NCBI GenBank assembly: GCA_034780895.1 | Contig: JAUZTB010000066.1 | Location: 19,487,413-19,551,412 of the forward strand | Length of the DNA: 64,000 nucleotides | Reading direction: 5' to 3' | Source: Rhynchobatus australiae | Taxonomy: Eukaryota | Shown: in pieces, positions 50,346-64,000 of the stretch | How positions within the stretch are numbered: position 1 is the first letter of the stretch | Layout: every line of letters starts with the position of its first letter | Notes under the pieces: generated by a model | The model's database searches: none | Told to the model about the DNA's origin: nothing | The model's input: only the letters and a program-made list of their open reading frames with translations | Made by a program: the position numbers and the translations under genes

Positions 50346-51877
50346 GTATGGATATAAAGCTTTCAGCGATTGAAAGTAATTAAGTCTACCATGATGAACT
50401 CTAGCATGACTCAAACCTAGCATTCTGAAAAATGTAACATTGAAATATTCAAAGAATAAACGCTAATATTATTGTTGATTAGTTTTCGACTCTGGCTGTG
50501 GTGCAAAATGTCATGAAATCTGGACAGCATATTCATTTAAACATTAAAGTAGCTAATTTATCCTATTCATTGGATATTTAAGCTACTCAACATGTCCATT
50601 TGTCAATCATGTTGGATTTTACTTTTATAGTAAGCAATATTTAGATATATATGCAGTATATTACTCTTTGCAGTAGAAGTAAAATCCATTGATCTTGTTG
50701 TTACCCTTGAATGGTCGGTGACCATCCTAATTTTGAAACTGAAATCTGATTTGATTGAAAGTGAGCTTTTTGAAAATAATGAAAATGTGCTTAAAATAAG
50801 TGATCCATTAAAATCAAATGTGTTTCTTGAAGTTTAAAATACGTTTAAGCCAGATTTTAATCAGGCTTCATGAATATGCTAATCACATCCTACTCTACAG
50901 TTTATGACCACATCCAATGCTATATACCTAAGTTGAACTGCTCTTTTGGTTCCATTCCCATCCATATGATGGTAGCAAATCATCTGTGATGGCTCCAGCA
51001 CTTGTACCTAGTAGTACATTCCCGAAGGATCTAAACAGCTTTCCCACTCTTACTCATCTATATGCTGTGGTTACTTGATCTGAAACTAGTGTCAGGTTCA
51101 GAATACGTGCTGGCGTAGCATGAGGTGACTCAGCATCGCATCACTAAATATATTCCTGCACTGCCCACTGCAGCCCTTGCATTACTTTTGATTACTCATG
51201 CTTTGTCAATCCTTCAGTATTAGGTGAGGAGAAATTACCTCCAAATAAATAATTGCAATTCTGAACACAATTTCTTTTCTTTTGCACCATAAACTTTCCT
51301 CTTACTAAGCCAAGCTTCCACAAGACCTTGAACAAGTGTATAGTTCAACTTCAGCCTCTGACTCCATATGCTCTTCACCACTGAGATTGACTGCTTCCAG
51401 CAGTCGCCTTCAATGTTATTCAAACATTCCAATTGCATTACTCAATGGAAAGTCAAAGAGAAAACTGGGGTGTACTGCAATCCACATTCTGCTAAGCCAC
51501 AGGGTAGCCCCATTTTTGATTTCAGTATCTACCTAACCCCTTTATGTGCCAGTGTTACTTGCAGACTTCCAAGATCTATTTTTACAATATATCATATTGC
51601 CTAATCTGGTTTGTACATTATTCCTGCAATTCCTTTGTCAAGATGCACAAACACCTGAAAANNNNNNNNNNNNNNNNNNNNNNNNNNNNNNNNNNNNNNN
51701 NNNNNNNNNNNNNNNNNNNNNNNNNNNNNNNNNNNNNNNNNNNNNNNNNNNNNNNNNNNNNCTGAAAATTAACCTAAGAAAAGTGAGGCGAGGGCTATCA
51801 GGAGCATTTTTCCACGTGGTTAATGTTTCTGTTTTTGTAACGTACAATGAAAGTAACTATTTTATTTGTTCATCAAG

Positions 51878-52018
51878 GCTCCTACATTAACATTAGAGGG
51901 TGGACGCCTGAAACGGAATCCAGCTTTGGTTCAAGGCAAAGACTATGAGGTTGTCCCAGAACCAGTGTGGAGGGCATTGTATCATTGGTATGGGGCAAAC
52001 CTATCGCTACCTAGGCCT
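51878..52018 (+). CDS. USP32: USP32 exon 15 (141 nt), DUSP C-terminal part
   Basis: atcaag|GCT...CCT|gtaagt; APTLTLEGGRLKRNPALVQGKDYEVVPEPVWRALYHWYGANLSLPRP. Confidence 0.96.
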
Positions 52019-52164
52019 GTAAGTTATCTTTACCTTGTTTACAATGCTTTTAAATTGAACCTTTTCAAAAGATTAACCGTAAAATAAAATCAAAATACTG
52101 GAATGTTCAGCAGGTCAGGTGGTATGTACAAATAAGAATAGTTAATGTTGCTTGGATTGTTTAG

Positions 52165-52415
52165 TTACATCCTGATGAATATCCTCTGTACTCTGGCTCA
52201 ATCATGTCACTTCTATAGTGTGGTGATCCAGAACTGCACTTAATACTCCCAAGTGCAGTCTAACCAGTATTTTGTAAAATTGCAACATAACGTCCAGAGT
52301 TTTGTATTCTCTGCCCCACCCTATGAAAGCAAACATACCATGTGATTTCTTTACCACCCTATGTACCTGTGTTACCACTTTCAGGGAACTATAGACTTGA
52401 TCCCCAAAGGGCAGG
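52165..52415 (-). mobile_element. CR1 ORF2 fragment
   Basis: cagaactgcacttaatactcc...tgcagtctaacca (minus strand, approximately VRLHLGVLxAVL; cf. VRPHLEYCVQFW). Confidence 0.7.
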
Positions 52416-53288
52416 ATCTTAATTGCTCTGGCATTGAAAGTTCACCACTCTTGTGGGACCTTACACTTGAGAACACCAGACCAAGTAGGGCCAACATGTA
52501 CCTTCTATGAAGTGCATTACTAAAATGATGGCTTTTTTTGTTTTTCCTCCTTCAAATTTTCAGTTTAGACCACAGTTTACCATTTGAGATGTTGAAACCT
52601 GATCAAGTTCTTAGTTCAGGATCATAACCAAACATTATTGTCTATGCATAAAAATGTGATTCAGAACATATGGCATTTTCTACAAGTGGTGCTTTAACCC
52701 TGAGGTGGATGACTAAAGAGGTCTAAAGAGAGCAAGTTATAGTGCCATGTCTTTTCTAAATCTGTATCACAAATAAAATGGTGAAGCCAATCAAGAAATA
52801 ATTTTTAACTTTAAAGCCTATACTCTCATTTCCCCTTGAGAGAAGACAAGAGAAGTAGTATATTAGTTATTTGATTACAAAAGATGACCAAATTGGGATG
52901 TTGCACAAACTATTATGTTCAGGTCATATTGGTTCAGTTTGTGAAACTAAATGTTTAAAAATAAAACAGACCACTTGAAACATAGCATACATTAGATTAG
53001 GATCTATATAATCCAAATTTGCTTCAATTATCAAGCAAAATTAAGTAACTAGATCTCATTAGTTTCAAGACCTTTTCCAGTACCAGTGATGAGAAATGAA
53101 AGGCATTTTGCAATTAAGTGGTTCCACTTATTTACATTTTGTCCATGCCTAATCAAAATGTATTTGTATCCTTACCCATACTAACAGATCAGTGATTTTA
53201 AAAATAGAACCAGATGTCTATGTTATCACATCTGTAATCACAGATGCATACCATGCTTTATTTTTTGCTCCAGATGCAAGATTACTTA

Positions 53289-53516
<228 letters not shown>

Positions 53517-55011
53517 TTATCTGTATATTGAGGGAAAATTGCAGAACTTATACCTCCGTCATCGAAAAGCCACCAGACGTCAATAGTCCCTTTGCCCTGT
53601 TTCTTCTGAAACAGAGAGCTTGCCTGAAGCAACTTCTGGTCAGTCATGTTTAAAGGCACGGATGGACCTTTAACCTCTAAAAAGTTTCACAGAAAATTAG
53701 GCACATGTCCAAAAAGTTATTGTAATCAATAGAGTTCAGCATGTTATTTCAAACAGGAAGGAGAAAACCAGTTGTACAATCATTGATGTTTTACTGGAAG
53801 CCAATGATACATCTTAATTTTTTTTTTGACAGCCTTTTTCCCCAGGATTAAACAATCCAGGACACTACAGCATAGATATTTGCCATTTTTAAGCAGATTA
53901 GGCAAATTCTCCAGGAGATCCTGCCCCCCTACCCCCACACACTAAATTTGTTTCATAACATTTTGCCCTTCAAAAATTCAAATGTTATCAAACTACCCAA
54001 AATATCACAACATGCAAAAGGGTATATTCTATATTTTGAAGAATAGGCAGATCATACATTTAGTGACTTTGGTTAATGGAAGAAAATTTGGAGTCTTTCA
54101 AAGGCTATCATAACATGGCAAGTTTATATTCCAAGTATTTAACTTCTGCTTGTTAATTTTGAAGGGGCAATCTCTGGAAGATCCTTGCTGATCCAGAGTA
54201 AGTTTATTGGTAAACTAACAATTCTATCTTAGAAACAAAACACTTTATTATAATAGCTTGAAATACAAATACTTAAATGATTGGGAAAACAACAAACAGC
54301 ATCTTCAGCTTGTACAATTTAAATTGTAAATTTTGCAAAAGTACATTTGGCTCATCTCTGAAAGAGAAATCAAGTATCTAGTTTAGTGTACTTTTGTCAT
54401 TTTCTGATAGATACTTAGAAAAAAAAACAATTGCTTTCAGTTGCTGATTTCTTTATCAATTGTCTTTTTAAACATTATAGTCCAATCTCCCTTAATAAAC
54501 TTTAAAATAAAATTGACTTTCTGAAACTAATCACTTGAGCTGCTAGGCATCATTATTGAAAGGCATTTAGAATTGTGTAGATAAAGCATTCAAACAGGAT
54601 TTGCACCAATGTTAAAAAATTAAGTTAAGCCAAAAGGGAGAGGTGAGAAGGGCAAATAAACATATTCATCAGGTATTACAGCAAAATAATAAACTAGCAT
54701 CCACAGTGGTACAAACAAAAAAAGAGCAANNNNNNNNNNNNNNNNNNNNNNNNNNNNNNNNNNNNNNNNNNNNNNNNNNNNNNNNNNNNNNNNNNNNNNN
54801 NNNNNNNNNNNNNNNNNNNNNNNNNNNNNAACAAGTAATGTCATTTCTCCAATTCATTACCTCAGACGCTTATTATTTTCAAATCTTGTAAAATGACAGC
54901 AAATCATATTGCATGTGCTTTGTATATGGTCTGTGATTTCGTATGACATCAAGTGCTGTAACCATCTGATCAGAACAGAAGCTATGAATTTTTGTTTCTT
55001 TAATATTGTAG

Positions 55012-55129
55012 GTTATTAAAAATACAACAACAAATCAAGCAGAGCTCGAGTTGTTTCCTCGTTACCTTCTTTTCTTGCGACAACAACCAGCCGCACGTAC
55101 TCAACAGTCTAACATCTGGGTGAATATGG
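55012..55129 (+). CDS. USP32: USP32 exon 16 (118 nt; possible long form to 55165)
   Basis: ttgtag|GTT...ATG G|gtatga; VIKNTTTNQAELELFPRYLLFLRQQPAARTQQSNIWVNM. Confidence 0.95.
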
Positions 55130-57059
55130 GTATGATGAGCCTGAGAACATTTCCTCACCATGGAGGTATTGTAAGACTGCAGCAAGAATGGGAGTTGTTA
55201 GCTTTCTAGTTGCTTCATGCCAAATCCACCTGTTTCATTTTCAAATCAAGATTGTAGTTATCACTGAAAGTTATCATTGAGATTTTCTCAAAGCCACATG
55301 GCCAATTGGGGTCTGCTGGTTCAGGAAAAATAGTAGAAATGAAAAACTTTTGGAGTGTTTCTGACATCCTTTGAATTTCCTTCTCTAATTGAAGACCATG
55401 AAATTGATTATATGACAATATTTATGGCACTTAAGCATTTTGGCTATGGTAATCCACAAAATACAATATGTGCAATCTAATTGAATGATTTAAGTGCCAA
55501 GTAAAATTTGATTAGCTATCAATTATCGAAATTTGATTATATAGACAGATATAATGTACAGAACCCTGGATTCATTTATATTTCCAGTTCCTCTCAAATG
55601 GGGCCCAGTGCTTTCTATGCTAATTTCTTTCCCTGAGCAGCATTTGGAGAAAACTCAAATGATAACTTTCTGAATCTTATCCTGCAATGTTTTTAGAGAA
55701 TTGTTCTTAAATTTACTGATCCATTTTCTTGCTGTAATCTTACATCTGTACCTTTTTTAATTTATGATTTAACTGATTTTTTTTCTTACGCAATAGCTTT
55801 AACTTGCGTTATCCCCTGCAATATACTTTTTGTAGTTTACATGCTCATAAATTTCCCAAAGAAATAATTTAACTATCAATTTCTTTGCAAATTAAATGTT
55901 TATCTTTACTATGTGCTTTTTCAAGGAATTAATTCACAAACTTTTTTTAATTTTTGAAAGTTTAGTTACTTGATGAAGAAGGATAATCATGCACATTTTA
56001 TAAGCTTCTCTTTTTTTTAACTGTCCAATTTCATCATGTGCCTTTGCCATCAGATTCGGTAATTATCTTGTCAGAGGGATGTGCAGTTTTGTTTGTGCCA
56101 GTTTTTAGGAAGAGCTTTCTCATAGTGCTATACTATGATCTAATTGAGATTTTGACATTTCCACATAAAGAATATGTATTGTAAACCCACATGATCTTTC
56201 TATATGTTAGAACACATTAATTTACTGGTCCATTTTGCTACTGAGTCACTTTTGACCTTAAATTCATCAAGAATACTGAAGAGGAGCAAAAGGGTTTAAA
56301 GGGAACCAATTTAGCTTTGTTTTCAAATAGAAAATTTGAATCATTGTAGATCTATGGAAATATCTTCAAATATCACATTTTAAAGTACAATAATAAAATG
56401 TTATGCTTAATTTGTTTTTTCAATAAAATCTACCTTGTAGAGCAAATAATTCCATGTAATATTCTGTTTTATTAGCTATTTTGCAAAAATGTTGATTTAC
56501 AAGCCAATTGGAATTCAAGTGCAACAGAATCAATTGCTTTCTAATTGAATTGAAATTGTTATATTAAATCTTTCCTCTACTCAGCCTTTATGTGGAAAGG
56601 AATCAATATAATGGACACTTAATTATCAACATATAGGTAGTTTTATTATTTTGATTGCCTGGAAATGAATCATAACTATTAATGGACTGCAACAAATAGA
56701 TGGAGGTTGATAACTTTTTTTTGCTTGATAACTGAATGCTTTGCAAGAATGAAAACAAAATAAGTATAGGTAATAAATAGCCTTGCAGTTCTTCACTTCC
56801 TAATCACACTTTGTTGTCTGAAGTCAAATGGGCTTTTATTCATTTCAAACCTGAGGAAGAAAGAAGGCTTATAATTGCAGTATGTGTGCAGGAAAAATGG
56901 TTTTGTCCACCACATCTTGCCACCAGTATAACTTGCAATAGTACCGAGCAAAATGTCACTTTGAATGCCCTGGCACTATCTGGTGTGGTATTAACATGTT
57001 AAGTTATCTTGTATCATGCCTTGTATGTTTTCATGTTAAAATAGTTGTTCTGAATTTAG

Positions 57060-57214
57060 GAAACGTACCTTCGCCTTCCTCGCCAATGAAACGAGTGCTA
57101 GCTTACACGGGCTGCTTTAGCCGAATGCAAACAATAAAAGATATACATGAATACTTATCTCGCCGGCTTCGAATAAAGGAGGAAGACATGCGACTGTGGC
57201 TGTACAACAGTGAG
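57060..57214 (+). CDS. USP32: USP32 exon 17 (155 nt), UBL region
   Basis: atttag|GA...GAG|gtaaag; (G)NVPSPSSPMKRVLAYTGCFSRMQTIKDIHEYLSRRLRIKEEDMRLWLYNSE. Confidence 0.96.
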
Positions 57215-57296
57215 GTAAAGAAATATTTGTGATATTAGGTCCTTAGGATTGCAATGTTTTGGGATGATCATGTTACATAACAATTTTATTTTGTAG

Positions 57297-57378
57297 AACT
57301 ACCTTGCACTACTGGATGATGAGGATCACACTTTAGAAGACTTAAAAATTCTAGATGAGCAACACTTGGTGATTGAAG
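57297..57378 (+). CDS. USP32: USP32 exon 18 (82 nt)
   Basis: ttgtag|AAC...GAA G|gtaaaa; NYLALLDDEDHTLEDLKILDEQHLVIE. Confidence 0.96.
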
Positions 57379-59889
57379 GTAAAAGCGATGTTTTTCAAGA
57401 TCAACACAAAAGATTTTTGAAATTAATCTTATGATTGGTAATTCAGGGTCCAAATATTTTTAATTGGATAGAGTTAAATCATAATTCACAATCTGATCTC
57501 CAGTCTTATTTGTTTTCCAATTAATGTGATTTTTAAAATATGTGCTCAGTCTTGGACAGAATCATTTTCAGCCTTTTTAGCATTTCTGTAAAATACCATT
57601 TAGTTATTGATATTCAAAGTAGAGCAACTGTTCTATGTTTTGTTTGCTTAAGCACATCAAAGTTATTGCGAAGTTACTCCATCATTGAAACCTGAAGTTT
57701 TGTATCATATCCGCCATGATTGAGTTTGGTGAATACATATATAAAAGACTTGCTAAAATGCAGCTAAAATTCTAAGCTGAATAACTTTTTGAGTATTTGT
57801 GTTTTAATGATCCAGCTGAATAAAATGAATAGAATAATGTATATGAGCATGTTATTGCAACCAGGGTCAGAAATAAGTTGACACTTGACTGTTTTGTGTG
57901 AGATACATGTCCACAAACAGTCTTTCAGGGTGATTGTAGACACTACATTCATAATACACTTGCTGATCGAGACTATTGCCTTGGGGTTGGGGAGGAAGAT
58001 CAAACCCTTATGCTTAAGTGGTAAGCCAAGCATAGGTCATTATTTTAATATGTATAGTAATGATTCCCCCAAGTGATTTTTTAAAAAAAAACTAGAGGCA
58101 CTGTGGTAGGATTCTTTGCACAAGGCTATATAGGTTGTCTGCAGTGTTCTTTGTTTCATTTTCAAATGTGATATGGTATAACATAGACCTCCAAAGTGTA
58201 AAAAAAATTAAACTTGTTATCATTATTGAGTAAATCATGCAGTAGAGCAACATTTGGGTTCAAATGTTATGTTTAATTCACTAGTCTATGGTCTCCTTTT
58301 ATCTATTATTTAAACATTGCTATGAAACAAAATACCTGCATAAATGGTTAATATATTGGCTGAAACAAGTTTTGAGAGTTGTTATTTGAATGCTTTTGTG
58401 TTTCTGCCACTTCGTGTGTTGTTCACAAAATTTTTAATTATCCCATGTTTTCTTAGTTGGGCATACATTTTCAATCACGGTCACATAATCATATCTTTCA
58501 TGTTTATTTAAGTTACTGTGCTGTTGAAGCTGTCAAAATAACTTTGCAGTTCACAGTAAAATTCAAATAACTAGGAGCCAAGTCTCAAAACCCATCTAAT
58601 TAGTAACTTGGGAAGTACCAGGTATAAAAACACAAAGGCACATCTAATCTGTGATGTGTCTTTCTACAGTCATGTATGTATATTAATGGAGTTATTAACC
58701 AATTCTAGCAAACCATCTTTGTCAATTAGTTTACAAAAGACTTGACTCAAGCTAAACATCCCAGTGGTGGAAAGTTTTGCAAAGCCATCATGAGATAGTA
58801 ATTGTGTATATCTCAGTAATTTAGTGCCAACCATTTGCACTTAAAACAAAAAGCTAAGTATGTTCTCCAAACTTTAACCACCTTGTACTTCCAACCTTGC
58901 AGTCTATAATTTGATTCATCTTCATTGCCCTTCCACAGCTGTACATGTTAATATTGGAAAAGGCTGGCCTTCCATTTAATTGGTCGCTTGGGATTATTTC
59001 TTTCACAGTCAAAAATACTCTATTACCTAAATAGCTGAGGGCTATAATAAATCACTTCCTCTAATTTATTGTTTTTTTTCAAAAGAATAAATAATCAAAT
59101 TACTGTAAATGTACTTGAGTTTGTTCTCGGGGTATGGGTGAAACAGATGAAGCAGAATTTGTCAATAGCTTATTGCAGTAGAGTACATCATCTATTTCCA
59201 ACTTGCTCAGAACATGGTCACATCTGTATATTTTGGATAGCATTAACAAATTAAAACTACTAATATTTTTATGTTGGGGATAGTGTGACAGAGTTCAGAA
59301 TTTTAAAAAAGCTCGTGTGTTAGAATGTTTGAGACTTTTTAAATTAATTTTAAAATTAAAATGTTTTTTCCAAATCAAATCACCATTTTAGCAAAGAAAA
59401 TTAAAAACTTTTTACAAGCATATTACATGATAGATAAAGAGCTTGTGCACCTCACGCTTTGAAAATGTCTGCTTTGTTGCATATTTAAATTTCACTGTAC
59501 TAAGTTATGGTAGGTAAGCAGGCATCTGTTCAAGCCTGTATTTCCCAGAACAATGCGTTCCTAATTTCAGGTTTGTTACTGTGCAGAGGCATTAAGTGAT
59601 GGCCAGGTACTTCCCCACATGAAGTATGAAAGAATTTAGAGGATCAGTTATTCTAGGATTTTTAATTCTCCTTCCTTCTCCCCAGTAGTCAGTTAAACAT
59701 CAAAAAGGAAGGAACATGAATTGAGTTAATCTCCTCTTTTTATATGCATGGTTACACTTTAGAAGGGAGATTAAAAATGAATTGCAAAACATAAATTCAA
59801 AATACTTTGTCAAAAGAGACTTTCCAATTACCTAAGTACAAACATTTTTACAGTACTATCAGCCTGATATCCTGCATTTCTTATAATAG

Positions 59890-59964
59890 TTCGCAACAAA
59901 GATATGAGTTGGCCGGAGGAGATGTCATTCATTGCAAACAGTAGCAAAATGGACAGACACAAGG
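59890..59964 (+). CDS. USP32: USP32 exon 19 (75 nt)
   Basis: taatag|TT...AAG G|gtaggt; (V)RNKDMSWPEEMSFIANSSKMDRHK. Confidence 0.96.
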
Positions 59965-60929
59965 GTAGGTACAAACATAGAATTTTAGCTTTTAAGTATA
60001 GGTGAATGATTTATTCCACATTGTGGGGTCATTGTGCAATTTGGAGTTGATTTTAACAGTTCCACATATCTATTGAAATTGCTGGNNNNNNNNNNNNNNN
60101 NNNNNNNNNNNNNNNNNNNNNNNNNNNNNNNNNNNNNNNNNNNNNNNNNNNNNNNNNNNNNNNNNNNNNNNNNNNNNNNNNNNNNNNNNNNNNNNNNNNN
60201 NNNNNNNNNNNNNNNNNNNNNNNNNNNNNNNNNNNNNNNNNNNNNNNNNNNNNNNNNNNNNNNNNNNNNNNNNNNNNNNNNNNNNNNNNNNNNNNNNNNN
60301 NNNNNNNNNNNNNNNNNNNNNNNNNNNTGTAGATTTCCATAAAACTCGCTATTGCTGTTGGCCCCACAATTATATATTTTTTCCTTCACTAATATTATTT
60401 CTAACATGTAGAAGGGTGCAGCTAGTGAGGATGGGTTCATATAGATGAGAAAATGTCCTGTTTAGTTGGATTGTGGAATATGTACAACACATGTACATCA
60501 TGTGTGATGCTTATACCCTAACATCTAATTGACAAAAAATGTATAATTTTTTCTTAATACGTATGAAAGAACCATAATTCTCAGATATGTCAAGGAAAAG
60601 AATTCAGAAGGATTCCTTTGGTTACTATCAAACTTGTAATATTTTGGGTTCCTTAACTTTCATTGGGTATCTTGTTCAGTGTGCAATTAAGCAGTACACC
60701 CATGAATTGAATTGTATTTTTTTCTGTTTACATTTTGCATTTCTTCATCTTATCACTTGTGCATCTTTTCACAAACAAGCTAACAAATTGACCTCACCTC
60801 CCCACCCACAAACCTACCAAATATTCAGTGTTTCTGTGAGAAAGGTCCCTGTGGGAATGTTGATAGAGGGCAGTTGCAGTGAAGTAGGATAATGTTATGG
60901 AAACTTATTCTTAAGATTGGCAAGGTTAG

Positions 60930-62860
60930 CATTTAATGCCATCCTTAAGTGTCACTGAAGGGAGTAATCTTGAATTACCACACTGCTGTGGTGAGTGTAC
61001 TGCCACAGTGCAGTTGTGCAAGATGTTTTATTATTGGTTGTTCAAAATGTTAAACAATTGGGATTTACTTCCATGTAAAAATGGCGTATGTTTTGGAGAA
61101 CTTGCAGGCAGTGACATTTCCATATCTCCACTGCCCTTTTCCTTCAAGGTGATGGAAGTAGTGAGGTTTGGGGGATTAGGACCAAACAAGGCATGGCATG
61201 GTACTGTTGTGTCTTCAATAGAATAAGTATGCTGCATCCAAGCTGTGCTGCTGTTGACGAAAGTGAATGTTCAGAATGGTAGTTGAAGTGCCGGTCTAAC
61301 TGATCTCCTTGACAATGCTGGGGTCAAGCTGTTTGACTGTCATTAGAGCTGCACTCAGCCAGGCAAGTAGCAAATCTGTTACATTCCTGAGATGTTGTAG
61401 ATGGTTAAAAGTTGTCCTTCACAAAATCCTGAGAGGTACAGCATTCATATGGTTGGTTCAATGATCACTGGTGCCCTGCACCTGAATCTTTCTCCCCCCA
61501 AACCACACCCCCCCNNNNNNNNNNNNNNNAAACAACTGAAAATGTGTTAAGAAGGGTACTTCGGTGATGATAATCCCATGTGAAAGTACTTCAACTCTAT
61601 TTTGTTGTTGGTGGTTACCTGTGGCATTTTTGTGTGGTAATGTTGCTTGCCACGTAATTAGCCCATGCCTGAATGTTGACGAAGTTTAGCTGCATATGGA
61701 TATGGGTTTATTCATTACTTTTGGATGGAACTGAATACCGTGGACATAACCAAATATTTCTACTTGGAGTTTACTAATGGACTAATGATAATGAATGAAC
61801 TGAAGGTGGTTAGGCCGGGGACACTGTCCTAAGGAGTTCACAAAGCAAATTCCTGGAGTTTGTTTAATTAGCGATCAACAGTTACCACCATCTTCAGCAC
61901 ATCTTTTTCCCCTTGATTCCTTATCCCAGGCCTTCTGAATGCCACAGTCTGTCAAATGCTGCCTTGATGTCAAGAACTCACTCACTTTGTCTGTTTGCAT
62001 CAAAGCTGTAATTAGACGAGGAGCTGAGTGGTTTTGGTGAAAGCCAAATTGAGCAGTGGCAAGCAGGTTAGTGGTGGATGAGTGGAGGTTGATGGTATTG
62101 TCAAAGACGTCCATCACTTCACTAATGATTGAGAGTAGGGGCTGTAATTGGCTGGATTGGATTTATCACAATTTTGTGGATGGGACATACCTGGGCATTT
62201 CTCCACATTGTCAAGTAGGTGCCAGTGCTGGGATCTGCCTTCACTGAGGATGGGGTTGTTCATAGAACTGCCTTCTCCAGTTAGCTGTTTAATTGTTCAC
62301 CGCATTTATAATTGGATGTGGTTCGACTGCAAAGCTTTGAATTGTTCGTGATGAAACTGCCCTGCTTCTTAATGCCCAATCACTTTATGACTCCAGTTCT
62401 GAGCAGTAGGTCTGTTCTGAATACATCTCACATAAAAGATCTCATATAAAAGGTGTGCTTGGCATAAAAGCAGTGCTGCTTGTCCTTGTGTACCATGCAC
62501 TGATTGCTACCACCTTTATGGACTAATAAGTAGATTGACAAGGTCCATTTAAGTAAGTTTTCCCCTCACACAAGTTCTCACACCCAACAGCTGCAGTTGA
62601 ATATTGATAGTATGTCATTCAGATGTTAACTGGCTCAGTCAGTATTGAGCCCTTCTTGGTGATTTGAGGTTGAAGTCTCTGACCCATTGTACATTCTGTT
62701 GCCTTTTCTGCAGTCGACTGCTTCATCCATTGTTATTCAACATGGATGGGTCCTTTGTGCTGCCACTACTGTTGAACCTGTCAGAGGAACTGGGAAGTAC
62801 CCAGACTTGGTGATGGAGGAGTCAGGGGCATGTATTTGCATTTCAATTAATAGGCTGTAC
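60930..62860 (-). mobile_element. Decayed non-LTR retrotransposon RT (RTE-X/CR1-clade-like)
   Basis: NLLATAQFGFHQNHSAPRLITALMQT, then frameshifted DIKAAFDRLWH near 61940-61975; ends approximate. Confidence 0.7.
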
Positions 62861-62865
62861 ATTGA

Positions 62866-63115
<250 letters not shown>

Positions 63116-64000
63116 NNNNNNNNNNNNNNNNNNNNNNNNNNNNNNNNNNNNNNNNNNNNNNNNNNNNNNNNNNNNNNNNNNNNNNNNNNNNNNNNNNNNN
63201 NNNNNNNNNNNNNNNNNNNNNNNNNNNNNNNNNNNNNNNNNNAATGCAGCAAAACACAAACTGTTTCTGTATCACATTAGTTTAAAAATGAAATTAGTAT
63301 TTTTAATCCAAAATTGTTCTTAAATAGTGGAAGATTTGGACCCAAGCCAGATTTGCTTCATCTCTTGTACACTTTGTTACAAAGCTAAGCTGTTCTGGGA
63401 TGTTGTATTTTACTGAATTTATATTGGGAAGAATTAATCTAAGAATTGCAAATTATTCCCATTAAAAATAATTTTTAAACACATTTGTTCATTTTAATTT
63501 TCATTGAAAAGAATGGCATTAAGTAATAGCAATTGATGTATAATGTAGGTAAATATGAGGTTTCCTATTGAATCTGCAGCAATGACAAATGTGACTTCTA
63601 TTTGGTATTATTTAGTGTGGCTTAAATGATTATCATGATTTGGTCATGTGGTGGGGTATCATGTGTGCTGAATCACTTCATTCTACACTGCAGTTTGGCT
63701 GTTTTTTTTTCCCCTCTCAATTTATTTCTGAATCTGCCAGAGCTGTGATCGGTTGCATGAACATTTTTACTCTGTAACTACTGTCTATCAACAATTATTG
63801 TGCCCTTTTTATTGCATGGTTGTTTTGGTTTGAGCTTGGTTAAATATAAATATTGTCACCAGTATTTTGAGGCACTAGTGATCTTTCTAACTCTTTGGTG
63901 GAGGGCTGTCAATCATATTTGTTGAGAGCTGATAAGTTGCTAGAAGTAATAAAGGATTTCATTTAAAAGTAATTTGTATTTGGTTTTGTTCCATTAATTC

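Noticed and set aside
59507-59519. gttATGGTAG|gtaagc: ATG, strong donor and phase matching exon 19 (catalytic-only isoform)
   Set aside because: No promoter-like motifs or compositional shift; it shows how such coincidences arise by chance, though junction 59513^59890 is cheap to check

Overview
AT-rich vertebrate genomic DNA from a gappy draft assembly with many N runs. The repeat content (V-domain tRNA SINEs, CR1 LINEs, Penelope remnants) points to a cartilaginous fish, probably a ray; this is inference. The window lies inside one + strand gene, the deubiquitinase USP32. I read 17 consecutive GT-AG coding exons, equivalent to human exons 4-20 (numbering recalled from human), from 8962 to 63115. 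They splice into one stop-free frame covering the EF-hands, the split DUSP domain, the UBL region and the start of the USP catalytic domain with its Cys box. Exon 20 is cut by an N gap, and exons 1-3 and 21 onward were not found. Nearly all ORFs in the supplied track are noise, N-run artefacts, exon read-through or decayed retroelements. The best leads are unannotated exon-like units in the large introns. Two are phase-matched candidate alternative first exons (13371-13385, MVAHV; 23320-23365, MVCLLCCLPERIAPA, a Cys-cluster N-terminus). The others are a candidate poison exon (18560-18607), an in-frame alternative donor on exon 16 (+36 nt), and a ~140 bp inverted repeat pair in intron 5. All are hypotheses that need RNA or conservation data. 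No CRISPR or prokaryotic system is present.
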